A stretch of 64,000 nt of DNA from Acidimicrobiales bacterium. Lineage in GTDB: Bacteria > Actinomycetota > Acidimicrobiia > Acidimicrobiales > Aldehydirespiratoraceae. Positions within the stretch are counted from its first letter, which is position 1, and each line of letters opens with the position of its first letter. A program made the position numbers and the translations under genes. The notes under the pieces were generated by a model. The model did not search any database. It saw only the letters and a program-made list of their open reading frames with translations, and was not told the origin of the DNA. Of this stretch, positions 38,464-48,570 are shown in pieces. The stretch covers positions 65,713-129,712 of the forward strand of contig JAJCXX010000084.1 of assembly GCA_029263195.1 (NCBI GenBank), in the 5' to 3' direction.

Positions 38464-40731
38464 TCAGCCGACAGGAACCAGCTCCCGCGGGCACACCGGC
38501 TCATCAACGTCGTCCTCGATCGAGGGAACGGGCTCGTACTCGGGTTCCGGCAGGCTGGCTTCACCATCGATGTCGATGGTCGGCAGTATCCGGTCGAGCC
38601 AGCCCGGGATCCACCAGTTGGCGTCGCCCATCAGCTTCATGGTGGCCGGCACCAGCACGATCCGCACCACGGTGGAGTCGACGAGAATCGCGGTGGCGAG
38701 ACCGAGACCGAACATCTTCATGATCGGATCGTCGCCCATGACGAAGCCGCCGAACACCGAGATCATGATCAGGGCGGCCGAGGTGATGACCCGGGCCGTG
38801 CTCGAGATTCCATGTATGACCGAGGCGTCGTTGTCGCCGGTGGCGAGATACTCCTCACGGACTCGTGAGAGCAGGAACACCTCGTAGTCCATGGACAGGC
38901 CGAAGAGGATCGCGAACATGAACATCGGGATGAACGAGACGATCGGCACGGTCGACTCGAGGCCGATCAGGTCCTTGCCCCAGCCCCACTGGAAGACCAT
39001 CACGAGCACGCCGTAGGCCGCGCCGATACTCAACAGGTTGAGTATGGCGGCCTTAAGGGGCACCAGAACCGATCGGAAGACCATCACCAGGAGCAGGAAG
39101 GACAGGACGATCACTGCCGCGATGAAGATGAAGAGCCGGTCACTGATACGTCCAGCCACGTCGGCAAAGCTGGCCGTCTGGCCGCCAACGTGGGCCGTGG
39201 CAGCACTGTCAGCCAGTACGACTGGGAACACCTCGTTGCGCAGCCGTTCAACAGTTTCGAAGGTGGCGGCATCCTGAGGAGCAGTGGTGGGGAACGCCAC
39301 GAGTGTGGCCACGCCAGCATCAGTGTTGATCTCGGCCGGGGCGACAGCGTCGATCCCCGGGTCGCCGACAACGGCACTGGCGAGAGGTTCGACGACACTT
39401 GCGTCCTGTGAGATGTCGATCGCGATCAGAAGAGGTCCGTTGATGCCGGCTCCGAAACCGTCGGCGACGATGTCGTAGGCCTGACGCTGGGTGCTGGACT
39501 CGGCGAGGGTTCCCTCGTCGGGAAAGCCGAGTCGTAGGGCGAACACCGGCGCGGTGAGGGCCACCAGCACGACGGTGACGCCGATCGCGTAGGGCCAAGC
39601 ATGGGCCGATACGTGGCGACCCCAGCGCTCCCAGCCTTGGCCAGCCGGCCGGCTGCCCTCGCCGTGGTGAATGCCCCGCCTGTGGATACCGAGTCGGTTG
39701 ATCCAATGGCCACTCAGGCCGAGAAAGGCCGGAAGCAATGTCACCGAGGCGACGACGATGATCAACACGATTACCGCGATGGCGATACCGGCTGCGGTCA
39801 GGAACGGGATGCCGGCAACCGCAAGACCAAGAATGGCGATCACGACGGTTCCGCCGGCAAAGACCACTGCCTGCCCGGCGGTGGCAACAGCGCGACCAGC
39901 CGACTCCTCGACCGTCATGCCCCGGGCGAGGAACTCGCGATGCCGTGTGACGAGGAAGAGTGCATAGTCGATGCCCACGCCAAGACCGATCATTGCGCCG
40001 ATGTCCGGCGCCCATGATGGGATCTCGACCAGGTAGGTGATGAGCGACATCGAGCTGACCCCGAGGGCCAGTCCGAACAGCGCCATGGCAATGGGAAGAC
40101 CCATGGCGATCAGCGATCCGAATGCCAGCAACAGCGTGATCGCTGCGACTATCAGTCCGACCATCTCACCGCCTTCGGCCTCTTCGAATGTGAAGAAGAG
40201 GTCGCCGCCTGTCTCGATGCGGAGTGGCGATCCCTCGCGGGCGCTGACCACAAACTCCTTCAAGTTGTCGAGGTCGGCTTTGGAGAGATCCTCCATCAAG
40301 GGGTACTGGATCTGGATCAGAGCGATCCGGCCGTCGAAGGAAACAGCCCCGGATGAGACAGCAGACTCGTTGCCGGCCTGTAGAGCTCCGGCCGGATCGT
40401 TCGTCCCCAGAACATTCGGGAGAGCGGCTACTTCTTGCTGGACCTCGACCAGAGCGCTCTGAGCCTCTGGCGAGTCGAAGAACGTCGAGCTGTCATCAAG
40501 GGGCACCAGGACGATTCGAGCGGTGAGTCCGGCCTGCTCCGACTCGGCGGCCTCCAGGAGCTCGACGGCCTCTTGAGAGTCGAGTCCAGGGGCCTCGAAG
40601 GTGTCTTCGAGCTCACGGCCGAAGGTACTGGACGCTGCCACCACCACGACGGCGGCAAGCAGCCAGATCCCGATCATCACCCATGGTCTGCGGGCCGCAA
40701 ATCGACCTACTCGATAGAGCAAAGTTGACAT
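38464..40731 (-). CDS. MMPL family transporter
   Basis: GVGIDYALF, GLSMDYEVFLLSR, ARVITSAALIM, ANWWIPGWLDR. Confidence 0.93.
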   Translation of the reverse strand: MSTLLYRVGRFAARRPWVMIGIWLLAAVVVVAASSTFGRELEDTFEAPGLDSQEAVELLEAAESEQAGLTARIVLVPLDDSSTFFDSPEAQSALVEVQQEVAALPNVLGTNDPAGALQAGNESAVSSGAVSFDGRIALIQIQYPLMEDLSKADLDNLKEFVVSAREGSPLRIETGGDLFFTFEEAEGGEMVGLIVAAITLLLAFGSLIAMGLPIAMALFGLALGVSSMSLITYLVEIPSWAPDIGAMIGLGVGIDYALFLVTRHREFLARGMTVEESAGRAVATAGQAVVFAGGTVVIAILGLAVAGIPFLTAAGIAIAVIVLIIVVASVTLLPAFLGLSGHWINRLGIHRRGIHHGEGSRPAGQGWERWGRHVSAHAWPYAIGVTVVLVALTAPVFALRLGFPDEGTLAESSTQRQAYDIVADGFGAGINGPLLIAIDISQDASVVEPLASAVVGDPGIDAVAPAEINTDAGVATLVAFPTTAPQDAATFETVERLRNEVFPVVLADSAATAHVGGQTASFADVAGRISDRLFIFIAAVIVLSFLLLVMVFRSVLVPLKAAILNLLSIGAAYGVLVMVFQWGWGKDLIGLESTVPIVSFIPMFMFAILFGLSMDYEVFLLSRVREEYLATGDNDASVIHGISSTARVITSAALIMISVFGGFVMGDDPIMKMFGLGLATAILVDSTVVRIVLVPATMKLMGDANWWIPGWLDRILPTIDIDGEASLPEPEYEPVPSIEDDVDEPVCPRELVPVG

Positions 40732-40911
40732 CTGATTTCTCCTTCGGTGAGCCGCCGTTCGCCCTCGTGGCGATCAACATCAGTGAGCATGATGAGTACG
40801 GCCCGCCGGGTCGCCGGTGAAGTGGCCATATATCTCCTGACCGATCAGCCAGTGAAAAGACCATCCGTTCGACTGATACCCCGCGGCCCGGGATTCTCTA
40901 CGCTGGAACCC

Positions 40912-42063
40912 ATGAGGAATTCCCTCCACGCCCTATGGGCTGAATCCCGGGCCACGGAACCGCCGGCGCGATTGCCTCGTGACTACGTATTGGTCGCTGT
41001 CCTGATTCCGATCGTGGTGATCGAAGGGCTCTTCCAGCCCGACCTCGCCTGGCGTGCCTTCGCCATCCCGTACGGCGTAGCCCTTTCATTCACTCTCCTG
41101 TGGAGGCGTACCCATCCGCTCGCCATGGTCGCGTTGGCACTGGGATCCTTCACAGCGCTCGACATCGCATCCTCCATCTTCAACAACAAGCCGGTGGAGC
41201 TCTATGCCGGTGCCTTCGCCTTGATCCTGGTCTACTCATTGTTTCGATGGGGCGCCGGAAGGGATACAGCAATCGGTTTCGCCGTCATGATCGTCGCCCT
41301 TGTGACCAGCCTGATTACCGACTTCACCGGAATCGGTGACGCCATCGGTGGGTCGGTGGTGCTGATGTTTCCTGCTGTGCTCGGTCTCGACGTTCGCTAC
41401 TGGATCGTCGTCAGGCGCCAGCGGCTGGAACGATTCCAGTCCCAGGAACGCGAGCAACTGGCGCGCGAACTCCACGACACCGTCGCCCATCACGTGTCGG
41501 CGATCGCCATCCAGGCGCAGGCCGGACGCATTCTCGCCGGCACCTCATCTCCCGAGAGGGCAGTCGAAGCTCTCGAGGTGATCGAGGAAGAGGCCTCTCG
41601 AGCGCTCGCCGAGATGCGATCGATAGTCACGGTTCTGAGAGACGGAGAGGCAAGTCCCGATCTGTCACCCCAACAAGGAGTCGCCGAGTTGGGGGCCCTC
41701 GCCGCCGCCGGCGGTCCCGATGCCCCGGTTGTCGACGTGGAAATGTGCGGCGAGCTGGAAGGCCTCCGACCCTCGGTTGAGTCAGCGGTGTATCGGATCG
41801 CTCAAGAATCGATCACCAATGCAGTCCGTCATGCGCGCAACGTCTCGCGGGTCGAGGTGAGGGTCGAAGGAGGAGGCGACTCCGTGCGGCTCACCGTCAG
41901 CGATGACGGCGAGGCTGTCACCACGACCAACTTGTCCGGATATGGCCTGGTCGGAATGAATGAGCGTGCGAGTCTTCTCGGAGGAACGCTGGACGCCGGC
42001 CCCTCGCCCGACCGAGGATGGACTGTTCGTGCTGTTCTCCCGCGGCGAGGTACCCCTTCGTGA
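40912..42063 (+). CDS. Sensor histidine kinase (HisKA_3)
   Basis: ARELHDTVAHHVS, QESITNAVRHA, DDG, GLVGMNER. Confidence 0.92.
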   Translation: MRNSLHALWAESRATEPPARLPRDYVLVAVLIPIVVIEGLFQPDLAWRAFAIPYGVALSFTLLWRRTHPLAMVALALGSFTALDIASSIFNNKPVELYAGAFALILVYSLFRWGAGRDTAIGFAVMIVALVTSLITDFTGIGDAIGGSVVLMFPAVLGLDVRYWIVVRRQRLERFQSQEREQLARELHDTVAHHVSAIAIQAQAGRILAGTSSPERAVEALEVIEEEASRALAEMRSIVTVLRDGEASPDLSPQQGVAELGALAAAGGPDAPVVDVEMCGELEGLRPSVESAVYRIAQESITNAVRHARNVSRVEVRVEGGGDSVRLTVSDDGEAVTTTNLSGYGLVGMNERASLLGGTLDAGPSPDRGWTVRAVLPRRGTPS

Positions 42064-42716
42064 CCATCAGAGTCCTGATCGCCGATGACCAGAGCATCAT
42101 CCGCGCCGGACTCGCCACGATCCTCGATGCTCAACCCGATATCGACGTGATCGCGCAGGCTGAGGACGGTCGTCAGGCCGTTGCGCTGGCCAACGAGCTT
42201 CGGCCCGACGTGTGTCTGCTCGACATTCGAATGCCCCGCCTCGATGGGGTCGAAGCCACACGCCAACTCGCCGGGCCTCAAGTTGATCGGCCGCTGGCGG
42301 TCGTGGTGATCACCACCTTCGACACCGACGAGTATGTGCGTGGGGCCCTGAAGGCCGGGGCAAGGGGATTCCTTCTCAAAGATGCCGGCCCCGATCTGCT
42401 CGTTCAGGCGATCCATGCTGCCGCCAACGGCGATGCTCTCATCGCCCCCAGCATCACCGCCCGCCTGCTCTCCAGCTTCTCCGACACCATCTCTCAGACC
42501 CCGCCCTCAGAGCCGGTGGACTCGCTCACCGACCGAGAAGAGGAGGTTCTCGTCACCGTGGCGAGGGGCCGCACCAACTCTGAGATCGCCGATGAGCTCC
42601 ACATCAGTCTGAGCACGGTGAAGTTCCACCTCGCGAGTCTCATGAGCAAGCTCGGCGCCCGAAATCGTGTGGAGATCGCGATGTGGGCCTACGAGACCGA
42701 CCGCGTGCGGCACTGA
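42060..42716 (+). CDS. NarL/LuxR family response regulator
   Basis: GTG start overlapping the kinase stop; IADD, DIRMP, LTDREEEVL HTH. Confidence 0.93.
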   Translation: MTIRVLIADDQSIIRAGLATILDAQPDIDVIAQAEDGRQAVALANELRPDVCLLDIRMPRLDGVEATRQLAGPQVDRPLAVVVITTFDTDEYVRGALKAGARGFLLKDAGPDLLVQAIHAAANGDALIAPSITARLLSSFSDTISQTPPSEPVDSLTDREEEVLVTVARGRTNSEIADELHISLSTVKFHLASLMSKLGARNRVEIAMWAYETDRVRH

Positions 42717-42764
42717 GCAGATCCGAGAGTTGGTCCTGATGTCGGGGCCGATCGCACGGATCGG

Positions 42765-43229
42765 CTACACAGCCGCAGTTCCAACGGCGTCGGCTGTCAG
42801 CTCGAGGTGCCCGAGGTGCTGAAATAGCTCCTCCAGCGCATGTAACACGAGTGAGCCGTCCGATGTGTCGCCTTCGTGCAGAAGGGTACGTAGTTCGTGA
42901 TCGGTGGCCGACGGCCCAGCGTCGAGCTCGGTGGCAAGGGCGGCCAGCCGTTCTGTGGTGGATTCGATCAGAATCTTCAGCTCCGAGATCGTGGACTCCA
43001 CCTCGAACTCGAACTCGCGATCACGGTCGACGTGGCGACCAATACCGATGTGCTCGAACCAGTAACGAGCCGCCGCACATGAGTGCACGATCAGGGCGGC
43101 GGCACTGTTGGTCTGTGCGCCGTGAGGTCGGATGTTGACCGTTTCATCGTCGAATCGTTGGAGCGTACGGTCCATACCGGCGAGGGCCTCGCGGCAATAC
43201 ACGGCGATCGTGTGAGCGGCGAGTTCCAT
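42765..43229 (-). CDS. DinB/DUF664 family protein
   Basis: NSAAALIVH, RDREFEF, LHALEELFQHLGHLELT. Confidence 0.8.
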   Translation of the reverse strand: MELAAHTIAVYCREALAGMDRTLQRFDDETVNIRPHGAQTNSAAALIVHSCAAARYWFEHIGIGRHVDRDREFEFEVESTISELKILIESTTERLAALATELDAGPSATDHELRTLLHEGDTSDGSLVLHALEELFQHLGHLELTADAVGTAAV

Positions 43230-43262
43230 GTGTGGAGATCCTAGTAGGCCCCGCCGTCGTGA

Positions 43263-43509
43263 TCAGTCGGCTGAACCAAGCTCGCTCAGGGGCTTGTTGA
43301 TCGGTTGGCTCAGACTCGACGGATCGACGCTGAAGCCGAAGACTCCCCGAAAGCTCGCTCCTGGGACATCTCGGTGGACGGTGCCAGCGGGGGCCGACGC
43401 TTCCGACGAAGTCCATAGCGAGACCGAACAAGCCCTTCTCCTCAACCGCGGCCATGGCCTCCTCCTCGGTGGTCACATCTGTGTGAGAGACAGTGGCGGC
43501 GTTGGTCAT
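43263..43509 (-). pseudogene. Probable gene remnant (cupin-like) with internal deletion or frameshift
   Basis: N-part MTNAATVSH..AMDFVGS and C-part APAGTVHRD..FGFSVDP..INKP lie in different frames joined at about 43398. Confidence 0.4.
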
Positions 43510-43592
43510 GGAGAAAACCTCGTCGGGTTCGGTCGGGGCCACTGACACTATTGCGCCAAGTAGCGCACACGAGGGTAGAGCGGTGGAAACAA

Positions 43593-43637
43593 TGAGGTAG
43601 AGAATTGGGCATGTGCCCGATGCGCCGCACTACCTCA
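43593..43637. promoter_or_regulatory. Nested inverted repeat upstream of the small ORF/LuxR gene
   Basis: TGAGGTAG...CTACCTCA enclosing ATTGGGCA-TG-TGCCCGAT. Confidence 0.55.
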
Positions 43638-43655
43638 GACCTTCAATATGGAGTC

Positions 43656-43802
43656 ATGCACCACATGACCTTCACCACACCCGATTACCCCCGAGAGCTT
43701 GCGGGCCTCACCGACCGCCAGCGTTCGGCCCGTGCGGCCTGGCGATTCTCGTTGCGCGAGGCACTCTTGAACAACCGCCTAGAGAGTGCAACAAGAAGCT
43801 GA
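43656..43802 (+). CDS. Small hypothetical protein (48 aa) preceding the LuxR ATPase
   Basis: MHHMTFTTPDYPRELAGLTDRQRSARAAWRFSLREALLNNRLESATRS; ends 18 nt before the next gene. Confidence 0.45.
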   Translation: MHHMTFTTPDYPRELAGLTDRQRSARAAWRFSLREALLNNRLESATRS

Positions 43803-43820
43803 CGCATTCCCGTCGCTAGT

Positions 43821-46508
43821 ATGACCAATATGGTTGCACGCCCTGATCCTGGCGGGAGCAGGCCGTTCGTCGGCAGGGGCCGCGAACTTGCTGTAGCCAC
43901 GACGCTGCTGGAGGAGACCGACCGGGCTGGAGTGGCACTCATAGGCGGGGAGAGCGGCCTGGGCAAGACTCGGCTCGTAACGGAGATCATCGCGGCCGCA
44001 CCAGATGGCACTCACGTGGTTCGCGGCGGCGCCGTGCCGCGCCAGACCCCGATTCCGTTCGAACTGATCCACTCCGCGATGGGCCGAGTGGCGGATAGCG
44101 ATGAAGACCACCCGCCGGCGACTCAGGTGCTGGCTGCTGCTGAGGCTCTGCGTGCCCTGCACAACGAATCAACCATCTACGTATTCGAGGATGTCCACTG
44201 GGCCGACGCCGAAAGCCTGGAGGTCATCGATCGTCTCATGGCGGCTGGACCATTGGGGGCGTCGGTGCTCGTTACGTACCGTCCCAACGCCTTACGTCCG
44301 GGGCATCCTGGAAGCACATTTCTGCAACGGGCCGAGCGACGCAGTCATGTCGCCCAACTTCGACTCGAGCCGCTTCGTCGCGACGAGGTGGCCGACTATC
44401 TAGCGGCGGTTGGTCGCGCTGCCGATGCCAAGACCGTCGAACACGTTCACAGCCGCACCGGCGGCAACCCTCTGTTGTTGTCAGAGCTGGTAGCGGCCAC
44501 CGACGATGAAGCCGACCTCACCGGCGGTCTGCCCTGGACCCTCGCCGAGATGCTCCGGCCCGAGATCGAGCGATTGCCGGGGAACGAACGGGTGGTGGCC
44601 GAGGCTGTGGCCGTGTTGGGCATTGATGTCGGATTTGAGGTGGTGGCCGCTGCTGTGCAGGCGTCAGAGGACCAACTCTTGGAGAGCCTTCGCTCTCTCG
44701 TCATCCTCGGAATACTCGTGGAGAGCGGCCCCGATCGCTTCAGCTTCCGGCACGATCTCGTACGCGAGGCCGTGGCCGACAGCTTGTTCACCAGAGAGCG
44801 GCGTCGGATCCACGCCGCGGTTCATGACGCTCTACTGGCTTCTGGCTCCGACGACGTGGTGGCGCTCATCACACATGCCACCGGAGCAGGTCGCACCAAA
44901 CAGGCCGCCGATGTGGCGCGAGAGGCGGCATTTGCGGCCCTCGAAGGCGGCAGTAGCCATCAGGCGCTGGCGTTCGCCGAAGAGGCCATGCTTGTGCACA
45001 CCGACGACATCGGTCTCCTTCGGGTGGCAGTGGTAGCGGGATGGATGATCGGTCAGGAGAGGGCCGCCTTCGATCATCTCGACAGGTGGGAGGAGCTCGT
45101 GGGCCCGGGTTTGGCTGAGCGGGCCGAAATCCTGCATCACCGTGTCCGACTTCTATGGGAACAGAGCGACACCGAGCGCGCCGAGCGAGTCGCGGAGGAA
45201 CTAGCGGCCGTCGTGGAAGCAATGGATCCGTCGGTGAGCAAAGCCCAAGCGCTGGCCGATCTGGCCCAGCACCACATGCTCAATGGTCGAGCCGGGCCGG
45301 CCATGGCTACGGCTGATCTGGCGATCGCGATGGCCGAGAAGGTCGGGCCGGGGGCGGCTGATGCCGCATTGCAGGCCCGGGCCGAGCGAGCCAGCGCGAG
45401 TCTGTGGGGTGGAGTGGATCTCGAGGAGACGGTCAGCGAACTGTTGGCTGTGGTGACCGATGCCGAAGCGGCCAGCAATCACGTCGTGGCGAGTCGGGCT
45501 CTAAACAACGTTCCGATAGAGGGTGTCAAGCTCGACGCGCGCACCCACCTCGAGCGAATGCGCCGTGCCAGCCAGCGGGCGGGCCTCACCTGCATAGCCA
45601 CCGGGACGTACCGCACTTCGTTGCTGTTCGTCGCGGAGATCGAAGGAGATCGAGACGCGTACGAGCCACTTCTGAACGCGGCCCTGGAGGATCTGCCTGA
45701 TAACGCGGAGGTCGTCATCCGTGCGATGTCGCTGGCTCTCGACGATGGACGTGTCGAGGACGCCCGAAGGCTGGCGAAGTCGATTTCAAATCTCCCCCGG
45801 GCCTCTCACCACGCCGATACCCGGTCAGATGGTGTCGTCGCGTTCGCCGAACTCGTTCTGGGTGACTCTGGCCCGGCGCGTTCCTGGTTCGAGGAGGCTG
45901 AAACCGAAGGCCACACCGGAGCGATGGAAACCATCCTTCGCTTCCTCAGCTCGATCGTCGCCGCCGGGCTCATCCCCGATCTTCGGGGCTACCTCCGTCG
46001 CCGAAGCGACGCCCAGTCGAGTGGGGAGGCGTGCTTTTTCATAGACCCGGCCATCAGAGGGATCGAGGCCGAGTTCCTCGGGGACGATCCAGCAAAGGCC
46101 GATGATCTCTACGATGCCTCGCTCGGGTCCGGATTCAGGCGCTCAGTCTTCGACGAGGTCGAAGTTCATCTCGCACGCGCTCGTCTGGCGACGATCCTTC
46201 ATCGAGACGAACGGCCGCACCTCGAGGCTGCTGGTCAGATTCTCGTTCGGTGGCCGGGGCGACGCCAAGACCTCGTCGCTTCGCTGTTGGGTGAGTCGTG
46301 CTGCGACGATGCGCCGACCCTGCTCACACCACGTGAGCGTGAGGTGGCGACCTTGGTGACCCGCGGCCTCACGAACGGTGGTATTGCGGACGAACTGTTC
46401 ATCTCGACCAAGACCGCGAGCGTCCATGTGAGCAACATTCTGGCCAAATTGGGGATGTCGTCTCGCACCGAAATCGCCGCGTGGGTTGCGGGCGGCGCCC
46501 TCACCTGA
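43821..46508 (+). CDS. AAA-ATPase (STAND/LAL-type) LuxR family transcriptional regulator
   Basis: FVGR, GESGLGKT, EDVHWAD, GGNP, FRHDLVRE, C-terminal LTPREREV HTH. Confidence 0.92.
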   Translation: MTNMVARPDPGGSRPFVGRGRELAVATTLLEETDRAGVALIGGESGLGKTRLVTEIIAAAPDGTHVVRGGAVPRQTPIPFELIHSAMGRVADSDEDHPPATQVLAAAEALRALHNESTIYVFEDVHWADAESLEVIDRLMAAGPLGASVLVTYRPNALRPGHPGSTFLQRAERRSHVAQLRLEPLRRDEVADYLAAVGRAADAKTVEHVHSRTGGNPLLLSELVAATDDEADLTGGLPWTLAEMLRPEIERLPGNERVVAEAVAVLGIDVGFEVVAAAVQASEDQLLESLRSLVILGILVESGPDRFSFRHDLVREAVADSLFTRERRRIHAAVHDALLASGSDDVVALITHATGAGRTKQAADVAREAAFAALEGGSSHQALAFAEEAMLVHTDDIGLLRVAVVAGWMIGQERAAFDHLDRWEELVGPGLAERAEILHHRVRLLWEQSDTERAERVAEELAAVVEAMDPSVSKAQALADLAQHHMLNGRAGPAMATADLAIAMAEKVGPGAADAALQARAERASASLWGGVDLEETVSELLAVVTDAEAASNHVVASRALNNVPIEGVKLDARTHLERMRRASQRAGLTCIATGTYRTSLLFVAEIEGDRDAYEPLLNAALEDLPDNAEVVIRAMSLALDDGRVEDARRLAKSISNLPRASHHADTRSDGVVAFAELVLGDSGPARSWFEEAETEGHTGAMETILRFLSSIVAAGLIPDLRGYLRRRSDAQSSGEACFFIDPAIRGIEAEFLGDDPAKADDLYDASLGSGFRRSVFDEVEVHLARARLATILHRDERPHLEAAGQILVRWPGRRQDLVASLLGESCCDDAPTLLTPREREVATLVTRGLTNGGIADELFISTKTASVHVSNILAKLGMSSRTEIAAWVAGGALT

Positions 46509-46616
46509 GCGTCCGGGTCGAATGGGGCCCGTATCGGTTGCAGAGCAACTGGATCGCGATTAGAAGATTATGCACGGGCGCACGTGCGGCCCCGTTCACC
46601 TAGTGGGGGAATGTTC

Positions 46617-48515
46617 ATGGCAGTTCAGGCGAAGTTGGGTAAACGCGGGAAGTTCCGCCAGTTGTTGACGCTGCTGGCGGTGTTTTGCCTTGCGGCGACT
46701 GCTGTGGCGTTCGCCAACACCGCGTCGGCACACGACAGGGACGGCGGCCGTTCCGACGACGAATCGTCCGAGGACGAACAGTCCGATGATGACGACGATG
46801 AGTCCGATCACGAGTCTGACGACGACGAGTCCGATCACGACGATGACGACGACGATGATGACGATGATGACGACAGCGATGACGATGATGACGACGATCT
46901 GGTCGACCTTCAGTTGCTGGCCTTCAACGACTATCACGGCCATCTCGAAGCGACTACGCCCGGAAGCGTCGGCGGAGTTCCCGCCGGTGGATCAGAGTTT
47001 CTATCTGCGAAGTTGTCGGAGCTCCGAGCGGGCCACGAGAACTCACTCACGGTGGCAGCTGGCGACCTGATCGGTGGATCGCCTGCCTTCTCCGGCCTGT
47101 TCCACGACGAACCCTCGGTGGAGTCGCTCAATGCGTTGGGGCTCGACGTCTCAAGTGTCGGTAACCACGAGTTCGATGAGGGAGTGACCGAGCTACTGCG
47201 CATGCAGGGCGGCGGTTGCCACCCGATCGACGGTTGCTACTTCCCCACACAGCCCTACGCCGGGGCGGACTTCCAGTGGTTGTCGGCGAATGTCGTCGAC
47301 CAGAATGGTCAAACTCCGCTTCCGCCTTACTGGGTTGAGGAGATCGACGACGTGAAGGTCGGCTTCATCGGCATGACCCTCGAAGGCACCAGCAACCTCG
47401 TTGCTGCCGCCGGAATCGTTGGATACCAGTTCCTCGACGAGGCCGAGACGGCCAATCGTGTGGCGGAAACACTCCGTGAAGACGATGTCGAGGCAATCGT
47501 CGTGCTGCTGCACGAAGGCGGAGTACCCAACCCGTTCGCGATCAACGGCTGCCAAGGCATCTCAGGTCCGATCGTTGCCATCAACGGTGCGCTGAGCCCG
47601 GCCATCGATGCTGTGATCACCGGCCACACCCACCAGCCCTACACCTGTGTGTTCGACGATCCGGCTGGGAATCCCAGGACCATCACCAGCGCCTACTCGT
47701 TTGGTCGAGTCGTGTCGGAGATCAACCTGGTACTCGACAAGGAGACCGACGACGTGCGTCGTGACCTAACCACGGTCACCAACCACGTGGTCGACCAGAC
47801 CGTTCTGACGGCCGACCCGGCCCTGACGGCTGTGATTGACAAATGGACGCCTCTGGTGATCCCGGCCCGCGAAACTCAGATCGGCACGATCGTCTCCGAC
47901 ATCACCCGTGGCGGTGTCCCCACCGGATCCGACCGAGGAGTCGAGTCGGCTGCCGGAAACCTCATCGCCGATGCCCAGTTGTGGTCGAGCAGTGCGGCAG
48001 GTGCGCAGATAGCGCTGATGAACCCGGGTGGGGTTCGCTCAGATCTGACGTTCGTTGCGTCGGGAACTGAAGGGGACGGTGTCGTCACCTTTGCCGAGGC
48101 TTTCACTTTCCAGCCCTTCGGCAACACCCTCCAGACGATTCCGATGACCGGTGCTCAGGTGGTGACAGCGCTCGAGCAGCAATGTCAGCCGGCCGCCGCG
48201 AGCCGACCGTTCCTGCATCTCGGAGTCTCCGAGGGGCTCACCTACGACCTGGCAACGACGATCACCGCTGGTACCTGCACCAGTGTTTCGATCACCAATG
48301 TCTTGTTGAACGGTGTGGCTCTCAGCCCGAGCACCACGTATTTCGTTACCGTCAACAGCTTCTTGGCCGACGGCGGTGACAACTTCGGGGTGTTCGCCAC
48401 TGTGGCGGCTTCGCTGCGGGTCGACGGAGGCAACGATCTCGAAGCTTTGGTCAACTACCTCGGCACGTTCAGCCCGGTAGCACCCCCGCCCACCGATCGA
48501 GCCAACGAGCTCTGA
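46617..48515 (+). CDS. Secreted bifunctional metallophosphatase/5'-nucleotidase with poly-Asp linker
   Basis: Signal peptide ending ASA; NDYHG, AGDLIG, GNHEFD, GHTH, NPGGVR, QPFGN, FLADGGD. Confidence 0.92.
   Translation: MAVQAKLGKRGKFRQLLTLLAVFCLAATAVAFANTASAHDRDGGRSDDESSEDEQSDDDDDESDHESDDDESDHDDDDDDDDDDDDSDDDDDDDLVDLQLLAFNDYHGHLEATTPGSVGGVPAGGSEFLSAKLSELRAGHENSLTVAAGDLIGGSPAFSGLFHDEPSVESLNALGLDVSSVGNHEFDEGVTELLRMQGGGCHPIDGCYFPTQPYAGADFQWLSANVVDQNGQTPLPPYWVEEIDDVKVGFIGMTLEGTSNLVAAAGIVGYQFLDEAETANRVAETLREDDVEAIVVLLHEGGVPNPFAINGCQGISGPIVAINGALSPAIDAVITGHTHQPYTCVFDDPAGNPRTITSAYSFGRVVSEINLVLDKETDDVRRDLTTVTNHVVDQTVLTADPALTAVIDKWTPLVIPARETQIGTIVSDITRGGVPTGSDRGVESAAGNLIADAQLWSSSAAGAQIALMNPGGVRSDLTFVASGTEGDGVVTFAEAFTFQPFGNTLQTIPMTGAQVVTALEQQCQPAAASRPFLHLGVSEGLTYDLATTITAGTCTSVSITNVLLNGVALSPSTTYFVTVNSFLADGGDNFGVFATVAASLRVDGGNDLEALVNYLGTFSPVAPPPTDRANEL
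46755..46898 (+). repeat. GAC/GAT-rich low-complexity tract encoding a 48-aa Asp-rich segment
   Basis: Runs of 12 and 7 Asp; GAGTCCGATCACGA occurs twice. Confidence 0.9.
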
Positions 48516-48534
48516 CCCGGTCAGACAGTTCGGT

Positions 48535-48570
48535 ACCGAGGGCGCGCATCGCGAGATGTGCGCCCTCGGT
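48535..48570. terminator. Hairpin between convergent genes (probable bidirectional terminator)
   Basis: ACCGAGGGCGCGCATC-GCGA-GATGTGCGCCCTCGGT. Confidence 0.75.

Noticed and set aside
46755-46898. CRISPR array or non-coding tandem repeat
   Set aside because: It is an in-frame low-complexity coding tract with no repeat-spacer structure and no cas genes
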